Shown piece by piece: positions 13,486 to 25,154 of a stretch of DNA of 64,000 nt (its first letter is position 1; every line of letters begins with the position of its first letter). The notes under the pieces are model-generated. The model saw nothing but the letters and a program-made list of their open reading frames with translations. It was not told the DNA's origin and did not search any database. The DNA comes from Eledone cirrhosa (taxonomy: Eukaryota), in contig OZ024740.1 of NCBI GenBank assembly GCA_964016885.1, positions 108,872,001 through 108,936,000 on the forward strand, read 5' to 3'. A program made the translations under genes and the position numbers.

Positions 13486-14300
13486 GAAGCGATAACTATA
13501 AGAAGATTTGTATTATTTACTGAATGCTGATACACATTGCACTCAAAATATTATAGATACAATTCTTTATTTACCTTGAGTATTTACTTTCATAATATAT
13601 ATATACTACTAAAACTCTGTGATTGTGTCTTGTCTGGAATTTAATACAGCCAAAACGGCGCATAATGAGAAAATACTTTGAAAGGAAGTCGCCCCTGAAA
13701 TGGGAATATAAATGGAATAAAACAAGTTTCGCATAAATCACTGCACGGGTTCCCAAGATATGGAGTTTTTCTGGGTAACTTCATAAATAGAGAGAGAAAG
13801 ATTGCGAGAAAAAGATAGTATTTGTGAGAGAATAGATTGACAGAGAGACATGTTTGTGTATATCTTAATTATTTAAAAATTATTTTTAAGTGAACATGAT
13901 TTTAAAAAAATGTTTAAGTGAACGTGAGCCAATGAGTCATGGGTGGTCTAGTACATATATATACGATGACGATGATCATTATCATCCCCGTTTGACGTCT
14001 ATTTTTCCACACTTGCACAGGTGAGACAGGTTGTTACTTTATTGGACAATTCAGATCAGGTGACCATGTCTTGTTCATACGGATCTGTATTTGGGCTAGG
14101 TTTCTACAGCTGGATGCCCTTCCTAATGCCAACCACGTTACAGTGTGGACTGGGTACTTTTTCATCGTGTCATAAGCATGACTACCTAACAGAGTGAACT
14201 GGGTGTTCTTTGGAGTCACCAACACAACTGTCTTCCTGGCATGATGTCTGGGATATATTCTCTCTCTCTCTCTTTCTCTCTCTCTCTATATATATATATA

Positions 14301-14487
14301 TAATTTCTAATTTAGGCACAGTAAAGTTGATTAAATCGATCCTAGTGCTTGAATGATAATTTATTTTATTGACACTGGGAGGATGCAAGACAAAGTTGAC
14401 CTTGGTGAGATTTGAACATAAGGGCCACCACTAAATTCTACAAAGCATTTTCTCCAACTCCCTACTGATTTTGCCAATACACTGCCT
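14301..14487 (-). mobile_element. SINE family A (tRNA-like head, ATT tail), degenerate
   Basis: Shares the AGGCACA.., TTTTATT GAC, AAAGTTGACCTTGG..ATTTGAAC blocks with other copies. Confidence 0.7.
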
Positions 14488-14809
14488 TATATATATTGTA
14501 GTACAAGCTGGGTATAAATATCCAAGGGCTTAGAGCACTCTATCCATAGGATGAATTAAGTATAATTAGTTACAACAGTAACATGTACTTAAGTTTCATT
14601 GGGTTGCTTATCCCAACTCATTCAGCATATTTGAGAGATACAGAGTTCAATTCACTGTAGTCACTGCTTGACCACTTATTTCACTCTATAGGAGTATTTC
14701 ACCAGGTTCTTTATAGCAATCAACTGTGTTCACAGTTATTTCTTGTGTTTGAGGTTTTCTACATTTTCTAAACATTTTAACTTACTTTGATATTTATTTA
14801 CAAATGTAA

Positions 14810-15145
14810 CATTACTCGATAAAGTGTGTAGTTCAGAGATCAGAGAGTTGCTCCAGGTAGAGCCATTACTTTTCCAAATTGAGAGACCATAGTTCCGATA
14901 TTATGGACATGTGGTTAGAATGTCTCAGGAAAGAATCACTGAACAGATTTTACAGGAAAAAACCAACTGGAGACCCAGGGGTAGACTGAGCAAGATGGTT
15001 GGATAACATCCATGAGTTTGGTAGGTCTCGCTTGGGGATCCAGCCAGATCAGTTTGAGATGGTTGTTCCTGACAGGACCCACTGAAAGGAGTGATTGAGG
15101 ACTCTGTTACCACAACTCTCCCAGGAATAAGTGGACAAAGAAGTT
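14810..15145 (+). mobile_element. RTE-clade LINE 3' fragment (family 3, Rex3/Expander-like)
   Basis: Degenerate LQVEPLL..IER..RYYGHVVRMSQERI..RPRGR C-terminus; a homologous copy lies in opposite orientation at ~42325-42900. Confidence 0.7.
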
Positions 15146-15173
15146 CTCTCGATTCTGCCAATCTTCCACCCTG

Positions 15174-15600
15174 ATGGTTTCTAATTTAAAGCACAAGGCC
15201 AGCAATTGTTGGGTGAAGGGAAAATTAATTATATTGATTCAAGTACGTGACTGGTACTTTATTTTATTGAGCCTGAGAGGATGAAAGACAATATTGACCA
15301 GGGCAGGATCTGAACTCAACATTTAAAGAGCTGGAACAAATACTTCAAAGCATTTTATTCAATGCTCTAACTATTCCATTGCCCTAAAAAAAATAATAAT
15401 AATTGTTTCTGATTTAGGCACAAGGCCAACAATTTGAAGGGTGGGGAAAAGTTGATTAAATTGAACCCAGTACTTTATTTTATCAACCCCGTAAAGATAA
15501 AAAGTATAGCTAACTATGGTGGGATTTGAACTCAGAATGTAAAAAGCTGTAACTATATGCCGCAAAGCATATTGTCTGATGCTCAACTGATACAGCCAAC
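15174..15600 (-). mobile_element. Two tandem SINE family A copies
   Basis: 15174-15383 and 15392-15600; each has GCACAAGGCC..GTACTTTATTTTAT(C/T)..GGAT(C/T)TGAACTCA, the second with an AAT tail. Confidence 0.8.
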
Positions 15601-15691
15601 AACAACAACCAATCACTTAAATATAGACATAAGTAGTGTCTTTCATTAGTTTGGTAGAATCATTATAATTGAGTATGAAATAAAAACTTAC

Positions 15692-16547
15692 TTGTTCACA
15701 AATTTAAATACTTTGTAAAATCTTGTCACATAATTCTTCAAATTATCCATGTGTTGTTTAATTATTTCAAAATAATATTTTATTAAATCACTGTTGTTGC
15801 ATTTTATGTCTACCAAGATGTCTGCTATGTTGCTTAGCAACAAGACATCAGCATCGGCGAGATCTTTATACAAGGCAGACTCCACTTTATAACGGTCGAT
15901 ATGCATCAATGATTTGTTGAATGCATAACACAAATTGACAAGTTCACTGATCTTGAGTGTGTTTGAATGAAGAATCTCAAGAGCCTGTTTTTGAAACTTT
16001 CTGCTATATGACTCATCATAAATTCCCATCATCTTCATCACATGGCAAACATCAGCAAAATTGTAGCAGGTAAATGTTGGCAGCTTCGGTATCAATAAGT
16101 CAGTTATATGAGTAGCGCTATCTCTGATAGCTTCCCTATTTTTAGGAGACACGTGAAATATGAGATGTCTGAACATCCTCAGACAAGAACCAAGCTGGTT
16201 GATATTAAGGTTTGTGCCATTGTTGATGATTATTTGGTTTGCAAAGTCAAAAGCAGTGTCCAGTTTTCCAGGTGTTGCTATGTGTCGGACATTGGTCATA
16301 ACTCGACTGAGATCGAACACATCCTGATGATAAGAGAATTCATTCTCTTTAAATATGACATCAAGCCACTGCAAGACACGAGCCCAGAGTTTGAAGTCAC
16401 CCCGAGGAAATATTCGAAGGGATTCACAAATAATAGCAACAGTATTTAGATTAAAATTTTCTTTTGTATTTTGCAGACGAAACAAAAGTTTATGAATGAT
16501 GGGTAAAGTGTAATCAGTTCCGAGGAAAAGAAAACTGTGAAAATAAT
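15692..16547 (-). CDS. FASTKD-like (FASTKD1-like) mitochondrial RNA-binding protein, internal coding exon
   Basis: 856-nt open exon; acceptor T10-CAG at 16548-16560, donor GTAAGT at 15691-15686. Phase 1 start joins the upstream exon to give ..DIP-D-YFHSFLFLGTDYTLPIIHKLLFRL..; helical-repeat pattern resembles FASTKD1. Further exons were not found in the window. Confidence 0.8.
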
Positions 16548-16867
16548 CTGAAAAAAAAAAAGGGTATAAAACAAAATATATTTTAGTTAATTTTAGGGTT
16601 GTTAAAATATAAATTTATAAATAACAACAAACATTTAATGATGAAAGGACTCAATACTTGTAGTAGAGCCCCTGTTTCTATGATACAAAACTGTTCGTTT
16701 TAAGATATTTATATTTATCTAAAACTGTTCCTCAATAATTTTGTGTAAAGAACCTTTGTTAAGTTATATTCCAAAAACCAGCTTAATGGTTTCTTACAAA
16801 GGCACAATGTCAGAATTTTGTGGGGAGAGAGGTAAGTCAGTTATTATTAGCATGTTAATATAACATA

Positions 16868-17072
16868 ATAGTTTCAAATTTAGACACAATGTCAGTAATT
16901 TTTGGGAAGAACAAGTTGATTAAATTGATCTTAGTACTTGACTTGCACTTTATTTTAACAACCCTAGAAGGATGAAAGGCAAAATTGACCGTGGCAGGTT
17001 TAGTGCACGAGGCCATAATGAAATACTGCAATGCATTTCATCTGATGCACTAATGATCCTGCAAATCCACTG
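16868..17072 (-). mobile_element. SINE family A inserted in a degenerate TTAA-MITE
   Basis: SINE motifs GGATGAAAGGCAAAATTGACC; the flanks 16670-16790 and 17085-17170 match the MITE body at 48380-48550 and 19600-19735. Confidence 0.6.
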
Positions 17073-17457
17073 CCCCGAAAAAAACACCAACGTAATATGG
17101 AGAAAGCTACTTATATTACTAAATCCCTCAAAATTCTTGATTATTTTCAAGATGATTCATAAATTCAAGTGTCTGATTAGAAATATACCTATTTAGGTCC
17201 TCTATATAGTATAAATGTGATCTGCACTAGAGTTCTGCTCACATATTTCAGACCAAACAGCTGTTTTAAGTTTGAACAATTGATACAGGTATGTAAGGGA
17301 GCTCAAAGTTAGTTTTGCTGATATTTCCCTAGATTGATCTGTTAAAGGTCCAACTGAGAACCTCATATCTCTAACTTCATCTTGTTAAAGACAAACATTG
17401 GACTACAAGCTCATAGATCTAAAGTTGAAACACTTTGTAGGTATTTCATTGATGTAT

Positions 17458-17821
17458 TTAACCTTTTTAATACCAAACCATTTGAAACCGGCCTAGATTT
17501 ATATGAAATTTTTATCATCATCATCATTAATGTCTATTTTTCATACTTGCATAAATTTGATAGGATGTTGCATGCTGATGCAAGGCCAGTAAGATGACCA
17601 CATCCTGAAATATGTTCTGTTTTGGCTTGGTTTCTATTATTATATTAAACCAATTCATTATAATTATATTTAAAAAATTTTTTTTTAATAATATTCATAA
17701 TACCAGTCAACTAATGATAAACCTAGTTGTTATATTAATTTTATACAAATGTTTATTTTCAAAATGAATTGAAACACATCAGCAGTTTATATAATTAGAA
17801 ATACGATGATGAAAGGGTTAA
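17458..17821. mobile_element. Non-autonomous TTAA-flanked MITE (piggyBac-like), interrupted by an RTE-tail fragment
   Basis: TTAA|CCTTTTTAATACCA ... GATGAAAGGG|TTAA termini; body similar to 48349-48593. Confidence 0.6.
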
Positions 17822-17861
17822 ACAGTACACTTAATTTACATCTCTTAATAATGTGATAGAT

Positions 17862-18737
17862 AAAGTGTTGATAAGTAGAAGAGAGGACAATATTCCGATT
17901 CCATCAGGGAAATGGCCATATTGAATATGTAGGAAAGGAACTGGCATAAATTCCATAAAATGTATGCAATGCAGACCTTGGGTACACAAGAGATGTAGTG
18001 GGATAGCAGGCAAACAAACAGGTAGGGAAAACTACGTATGCAGTAGATGTACAGGGAAAGTTGGCAGTATTAATCACAGTGATAGACACATTTTTCCAAT
18101 GCAGGTGGGTTCTATAGAAGTGGTTGATAGCTTCCGGTACCTAGGAAATCAGATTAGCATGGGTGGGGGATGTTCCGAGGCAATAGTATCTAGAATAAGG
18201 ACGGGTTGGAAGAAGTTTAGGGAGCTGCTTCCTTTGTTAACAAAGAAGGGTTTCTCCCTGCATACGAAAAGACGGTTAGATGATGCCTGTGTGAGATGCG
18301 CGATGCTGCATGGTAGTGAGACATGGGCGGCAACTGCAGAGGATATGCGATGGCTGGAGAGAAATGAAGCAAGTATACTCCGTTGGATGTGCAATGTCAA
18401 TGTGTGTGAAACACCAAGCATGGAGGAGTTGAGAAAGAAACTGGGTATAAGAGGGATAAGTTGTGGTGTGCAGGAGAGAAGGCTGAGATGGTATGGGCAT
18501 GTGATGCGCATGGAGGATGACTGCTGGGTAAAGAAGTGCCAAAAAATCCCAGTAGAAGGAAGACGCAGAAGAGGCAGACCACGTAAAACATGGGCGGAGG
18601 TGGTGAGAGCAGACCTCAGATCGCTGAAACTCACTGAGGAGATGACGAAGGACCGTGACAAGTGGAGAGATGCTGAATAGGACCCATCCAACCCTTGCAA
18701 GCAGGGAAAAGCAGACGTAAAATGATGATGATGATGA
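17862..18737 (+). mobile_element. RTE-clade LINE (family 1), 5'-truncated 3' fragment
   Basis: ORF 17964-18680 (CxxC-containing region, FRYLG, RRLRWYGHVMR, RGRPRKTW); short 3'UTR ACCCTTGCAAGCAGGGAAAAGCAGACGTAAA plus (ATG)n. Confidence 0.93.
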
Positions 18738-18738
18738 T

Positions 18739-18858
18739 TGGACATCTTAACCAGGGAACATTTATCTCTATGTTGTGATAAACTGAACATCTTAACCAGG
18801 GGAACATTTATCTCTTAATGTTGTGACAGACTGCACATCTTAAAAAGGGGAACATTTA
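18739..18858. repeat. 45-48-bp tandem repeat, ~2.6 copies
   Basis: TGGACATCTTAACCAGGGAACATTTATCTCTATGTTGTGATAAAC units between two RTE tails. Confidence 0.85.
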
Positions 18859-19585
18859 TCATCATCGTTTAACGTCTATCTTCCACGCTAGCATGGGTTA
18901 GATGGGAGTTGTCCCAATTTGATGCAAGGTTGGTCAGGTGACCGTGTCTCGCTCGTATAGGACTATCTAGCAGGTTTTCTACAGCTGGATGCCCTTCCTA
19001 ACACCAAACACATTTACAGTGTGGACTGGGAACTTTTTACCGTGTTACCTACACGGCCACATTACAGCGTGGACTGTGTGTCTTTTTAGTCGTGACACCT
19101 ACACGATCTCGATCTCATTATCTCATTAATTTGGACTGGATGTTGTGGTACCAACTTTACAGAGAAAGGGTGGTGTTGGTGGGAGTGGGAGAATGGAGTA
19201 GGGGTAGTAGATTGGGGTGTATATTTGGTTAAGAGGTGCCTACTGACTGTAGGTTTCGATTTGTACTTAGGCAAGGCGGATCTTCTGTATTACTGCGTGG
19301 CGCCAAAGATCTCGGTCCAGTGGCATTGTCTTAGAGAGGTGCAAGTGTGTAAGGTTGGAATTTATCAAATCATCCCATGTTTTTCTGGGTCTACCTACTC
19401 CGTAACTTCCATCAATTTTGATCGCCCTGCACTTTTTTATACAGCTGTCGTCTTTCATGCGCATCACGTGACCATACCAACGTAGTCTTCTCTCAAGTAA
19501 ACAGCATCTGATCCCTCTTATTCCTAATTTCTCACTTAGTTCATTTATGTTTTGCCGTTCGCGTATATTATTATTACACATCCAT
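18858..19585 (-). mobile_element. RTE-clade LINE (family 2) 3' fragment with long 3'UTR
   Basis: ERRLRWYGHVMRMKDD..GRPRKTW; UTR contains GGAAGGGCATCCAGCTGTAGAAAA; GAT tail; near-identical to 36661-37370. Confidence 0.9.
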
Positions 19586-19599
19586 AATTTTAGTAAATT

Positions 19600-19735
19600 A
19601 CATTCCACACATCAGCTTAATAATGAGAAAGTTAGTTATGTTACTAATTACCTCAAAATTCTTGATTATTTTAAAGACCATTTGAAAATCATAAGTAATG
19701 TCTTTTAATAAAAATATGGTAATAAAAAGGTTAAA
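19600..19735. mobile_element. TTAA-MITE right-end fragment
   Basis: Ends AAATATGGTAATAAAAAGG|TTAA; similar to the other MITE ends and to the satellite monomer. Confidence 0.55.
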
Positions 19736-20103
19736 AAAACACAAAAAAATCTTGTTACACAATTTGTGGATGTTATTAACTTGGAGATGAGAAGAAAACC
19801 TTGTTTTTTTTGTAGTTTTCATTTTTTTTTGTTTACTGTTTATTCAGAAGGATGGGTAGTGCCCAACACCTTTTTAGAGCCCCCATGGCTGGTAGGGTAG
19901 TGGGAAGAAGGGAAGACATCTTCAAACCCAAGACCTGGTTTGAATATTTGCAGCAAAATGGATTTTGTTAAAGGTGCCTAATAAACAGGTGGTGGTGTTA
20001 AACCAGGTGACAGATTAAGTCCACCATCCAAGAAAGGCAGGCAGCAGATTATATCACCATCTGTGAGTGAGGGCAAGACTAGACAACAAATAGCACTCCT
20101 TAC

Positions 20104-20599
20104 CTGGAATATCTTTATCTGGTATATGTTCAAGGTTTTGTTCAACAAAGCTAAGAATGCTTTCAAAGGCCGGATTTTTCCTAACAGGGTCCAAATAAAT
20201 GTCAGATTTATTATTGAGAAGGAGTTGCATGATAGCAATTGGCAGATTATGATGGTGGAGCCAGGGAACTGTGTGTAACTCAGAGTAGACCTGTTTTAAC
20301 AGCACCATAAGGCTTTCATGTAAAACATTGACATCTATATTATTGTCCTGAATAAGAGAGCCAGTTTCTTCCAGTATCTGTAATGAAGTTGGCCTTGCAT
20401 CACCTGGCATTGCTTCCTGCTGGAATTGTCCATTATAACGGACACTGGTTTGGAATTGGGGTGAAATTGAAAGAGGTAACTTTTCTGCTCTAGTTCTGTT
20501 GTATACATGATAAAGTCGTTTGCAAGATGTCCATTTTTGAAAGGATTTTAACTGGCGCAGACATAGAATCTGATGACTGAGAGTTAGTTTAGGAATCAT
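20104..20599 (-). CDS. FASTKD-like (FASTKD1-like) protein, first coding exon with mitochondrial targeting peptide
   Basis: ATG at 20599; N-terminus Arg/Lys/Ser/Leu-rich with no acidic residue for ~38 aa; acceptor TTGTTGCAG at 20656 (exon starts 20655, 5'UTR); donor CCAG|GTAAGG after 20104 (phase 1) matches the next exon; NPAFESILSFVEQNLEHI..DYFHSFLFLG resembles the FASTKD1 helical region. Confidence 0.78.
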
Positions 20600-20707
20600 A
20601 TTTGGAGTGAAGAATATAAATATATTTCAGGCCAACACATTTCCTTCTTTAAGAACTGCAACAACAAAGAAATAACAGAATCAATAATGGTAATAAAAAA
20701 TATACAT

Positions 20708-20901
20708 AATAATAATTGTTTCTACGTTAGGCACAAGGCCAGAAATTACCCAGTGCATTACTGGTACTTTATTTTATCGACCCCGTAAGGATGAAAGGCA
20801 AAGTTAACCTTGGCGGGATTTGAACTCAGAATGGCAAGGGCCGTAACTCTATACGTCAAAGCATGGCGTCCGACCCTCTACCAATACTGCCAATCCACCG
20901 C
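20708..20901 (-). mobile_element. SINE family A
   Basis: AAT tail plus TTTCTACGTTAGGCACAAGGCC..CTGGTACTTTATTTTATCGACCCCGTAAGGATGAAAGGCAAAGTTAACCT..ATTTGAACTCAGA..CTGCCAATCCACCGC. Confidence 0.85.
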
Positions 20902-21167
20902 AATAATGCAAAATTAATTCATATCTTTTATACTGCTTAATACTTCTTTTTATCTCCTCCTACTTTTTTTATATTTTCTTACTCATTTTTGAAACTTATT
21001 TACCTATCAACTTTTGTGATGTGACTTGTTAAGTGAATGTGAGGATGGAACAATGACAACAACAACAAAAAATGCTATCTAGCTACTCTAAAACCCAACA
21101 TGCTTACCCTCAGTATCTGGTTAATACTTGGTAGTGATAGCATATAAGCGGAATTGAAGGAAAATAC

Positions 21168-21352
21168 AATAATAATTATTTCTACTTTTGGCACAAGGCC
21201 ATCAATTACCCAGTACATTACTGGTACTTTATTTTATCGACCCCGTAAGGATGAAAGGCAAAGTTAACCTCGGCGGGATTTGAACTCAGACCGCAAAGGG
21301 ACGTAACTATGCTGGAATGCATGGCGTCCGACCCTTTACCGATACTGCCAAT
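21168..21352 (-). mobile_element. SINE family A
   Basis: Nearly identical to 20708-20901. Confidence 0.85.
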
Positions 21353-21366
21353 CATATGGGGCCAGC

Positions 21367-21525
21367 ATCAGGGTGGGGCTCTTATAGAAAACAACACTCA
21401 TTGAAATTGCCAGGATATTCAGAAAAATGCTTGACAATTCAAAGTGTTACTTCAGTCCACGGGTTGACACCAGAATTACATCGCCAGCAACAGATGCTGT
21501 GCGACAAGCGGATAACAATAATAAT
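21367..21525 (+). mobile_element. Old R4/Dong-like element 3' end
   Basis: Reads IRVGLL*KTTLIEIARIFRKMLD (compare IQKIVLMGTAHILRKILS of the Dong element), followed by a short UTR and an ATAACAATAATAAT tail. Confidence 0.55.
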
Positions 21526-23074
21526 CATGGTTTCTTTATTAGCCACAAAAGGGCTTACATTAAGAGGCCAATAAATACGGTATAGTGTTTTTTGGCCTCT
21601 TAATGTAAACCCTTTAAAAAAAAAAAAATTCTTTCTTTATTTATCTATAAACATTTCAAAACATCGAAACATGAGAGTCTGAATTGAACTTTTATGGTTA
21701 CAGTGATATATTGGCATCAAGGTATTGTGCCGTGGTGTGTTGTGACTTATATATACTGTTAATTTATCTCGTTTTTGCTAATTCAACAACAGAAATTACG
21801 TAAACATCGTAAATTTACAAAATAAATTAATATGTGTTGAGAATTCAACAATTTTAACTTTCATTGCATTTCCAGTAACACACACTAAAATAACGAGAAA
21901 TTATTCTGCCGAGATAGAAACATGACTTTTAAAAATAATTTATCTTTAAAAACTTTAAATTCTTCGACACATGTTTGACCTTCCCACAGTAATAACAACA
22001 CGAGGAATTGGGAAGATATATTTATGTATAGATTCCCCGCCTTCTTATGCTGCATTTACCAATATGTTTAGTTGGCAACTTAGAACATTTGAGAAGAGAA
22101 CACAGAAATGATTTTTGTATTAATTCTACAAGGAATGTTATAATATATTTACCTAGCAAGAAATAATCGTCGACATTTCCGTAGTCTGCCATGACACTAA
22201 TACAGGGATTATTTCCCTTGATGTGATTGGAGTTATTTCCCTTGAACTCAGCCAGACATGTTGATTGTCCTGTTCTCATGAAGACGTGTGACCTTCTTAT
22301 GAGGGTGTTAGACGAACGATCATAAGATCATGGGTTCGATTCCTAGACAGGATGACGCGTTGGTCTTTGAGCAAGACACTTTATTTCGGGTTACTGCAAT
22401 TCACCCGACTGAAAATGAGTACCACCGACTCAGAACTGATGGGATATTGATGTGGCTAAGGCTTGTTTTATGATTAGGTTCAACTTGGTGTTGTGAGCAA
22501 AGTGACCTGTATTTAGATAACATGATGTTACAAACATGATTGAAGACTACGTTATCATTTGGGGTTGATTAATAGTTTTAGGACTGCTCCTCTTACATGT
22601 TTATAACCTAGATCTTTCAAAAGCATTTCATTGTGTCATTTACAACTGTCAACTAGGTATTTAGTGCCCTAGGCTAGAAATAAAATACGACCCCACTCTC
22701 CCAGTCATGTGTCACATTCTTCCAAATAAAATAATTTCAATATAAGTTTGGAAAGCTGCAAAATCTAGTTTTTGACATTTCTGGCTCTGATCACAAAGAA
22801 AATGATTAAGCCTGTTTTCCACTATGCCGTCCACACTCACTTATGCTAAATCATGTGACAAATCGTAACATCATATGACATACTCAACTATTTTGGATAT
22901 CTCCACAACACTGCTACGCTGCAGAGGTGTTCAGTGGTTTGTTTATTGATTGCAAGAAATTATTATATTTAAGTTTACTTCATAAATTTGTATAAAACTT
23001 TGATTCTTTAAGGTTCAGTAATGTGACTCCCTTGGTGGTTGCCTAGTTGGTCTTAATGATAGCACCAGCCCTGG

Positions 23075-23270
23075 TGCTATCCACACCATCTTATTGGAGA
23101 AGCTCTAATCAACATTTTGGTATTGCTGACAGAGTATTGGCAATTCTCACAACTTTTCTCAAAGTAAGCAATGTGCTAAGATAGGAAATATATTTTCTAA
23201 TGTGTCATCTGTGACTGCTAGAGTTCACCAGGGCATTGTGGTTGAACAGTTACTTTTTATTTTATATATC
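23075..23270 (+). mobile_element. Ancient CR1/L2-like RT fragment
   Basis: HTILLEKL..FGI..KIGNIFSNVSSVTARVHQGIVVEQLLFILYI resembles the GVPQGSVLGPLLFILYI RT motif. Confidence 0.55.
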
Positions 23271-24111
23271 TTATATATCATATATTCAGTTCCTCATACT
23301 TAGCAAAACATATAATATCGAATGAATAGAAGTAAACATACACACACACATACACCAGGTCTGAACACAGAGGCGCCAAACTCCCACTATCATCACCTAC
23401 GTCTCTCTTGCCCTCCCCATCTCTCATTGTACCAGTAATACACTGTGATAATTGCTGGCCTTGTGCCTAAAGTAGAAACAATTATATATAAATAACATTG
23501 ATAAAGGCATAAAACATTTACATTTAAATATTTATGTCGATGATATTAAATATACAAATGAATTGTAGAAATATTTCAGATGGCACCCTAGGCTAGCTTT
23601 ATAATTGCACCCTCTTCTCTCAAACAAAATAATTTCATTTTACTGTTTGGGAAGCTGACGAACCTAGTTTTTGATACTTCTTGCTCTGACTGCACTAAGA
23701 AAAGTATTAAGCTTGCATACTCTACGACACAGTCAACACTCACTCACACCAAATCATGTGACAGGTCATAACATGATGCAGCCCTCTCCACCACTTTGAA
23801 TATTTCCACAATACTGATACATGGCAAAGATGATAAACAATTGATTTATTGATCACAGGAAATTATTATATATTTAATTTAATTATACAAATATATATAT
23901 GAATGCACATAACTTAGTGGCTATGTTGATGGGCTTGCAATTATAAGTTCAATTCATGGAATAGATGGTGAATTGTGTCATTAAGAAAGACACTATTTTA
24001 TGTTGTTCTAAACCACTCATCTGGAAAAAATGAGTTGCAGCACCACTGGTGCCAAACTGTATTAGTCTTTACCTTATCCTTGGACAACATTGGTGGCATG
24101 GAGAAGGGGAG

Positions 24112-24458
24112 ACTTTTGGTTCTGTTTGGAGTTCTGGATCTTAGGGAGGGTGTCTCGTTTCCCCATGTCAGATTCTTTCATTTTCATCCATTCGATCATA
24201 ATTTCATCCTTCAAGTTGGCAAGTTCATTCTCATTCATTTCTTTATCATTTACGATCTCATTATTTTCATTTGGAGTTTCATCCTGAGCATGCACTCCCT
24301 CCACTTTTTCGATCCTTTCTTTAATTTGTTCTGTTGCCAGTGATTCCGCCCCAACCCTGGGATTCGAAGTGTTACAGTTTACCTCGTTTTCACTGACACA
24401 TGTTTCATTTTCCCTTCGCTGACTTTGTGCTAATAGCTTGATCTGATCAATTTCTATA

Positions 24459-24492
<34 letters not shown>

Positions 24493-24812
24493 GCCTGCTA
24501 ATTGTTGAAATGGACCTCCAACAGTTTTGGTGATGAATGTTCCAGTTATTGGATGAACAAAACCGTCAACTCATGAAATTAATGTGCATGTATCTGTACA
24601 TTCAATAGACACATGTACTCTTATTGTAGTTCTCAGGGAGATTTAGTGTGAAACAGTGTGAGATGGCTCTTCTAATTACAGCTATAGTTCATTCAGCAGA
24701 TACATGTACAGATACATGCACATTAATTTCATGAGTTGACGGTTTTGTTCATCCAATAACTGGAACATTCATCACCAAAACTGTTGGAGGTCCATTTCAA
24801 CAATTAGCAGGC

Positions 24813-24843
<31 letters not shown>

Positions 24844-25154
24844 TATAGAAATTGATCAGATCAAGCTATTAGCACAAAGTCAGCGAAGGGAAAATGAAAC
24901 ATGTGTCAGTGAAAACGAGGTAAACTGTAACACTTCGAATCCCAGGGTTGGGGCGGAATCACTGTGGAGGGATTGCATGCTCAGGATGAAACTCCAAATG
25001 AAAATAATGAGATCGTAAATGATAAAGAAATGAATGAGAATGAACTTGCCAACTTGAAGGATGAAATTATGATCGAATGGATGAAAATGAAAGAATCTGA
25101 CATGGGGAAACGAGACACCCTCCCTAAGATCCAGAACTCCAAACAGAACCAAAA
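24112..25154. repeat. ~1-kb inverted repeat (arms 24112-24601 and 24704-25154, 102-bp spacer)
   Basis: Arms are reverse complements except for one substitution, one ATT unit and a 34-bp block present only in the left arm. Confidence 0.95.

Noticed and set aside
13282-13495. Third FASTKD-like exon (AG acceptor at 13496 is phase-compatible)
   Set aside because: The opposite strand reads as an RTE-type C-terminus (LFWKP..GRP..MLDRVSW) and the peptide has no FASTKD features; the phase match is probably chance.
21750-22050. Possible promoter / first non-coding exon of the FASTKD-like gene
   Set aside because: Slight CpG enrichment only; boundaries cannot be fixed from sequence.
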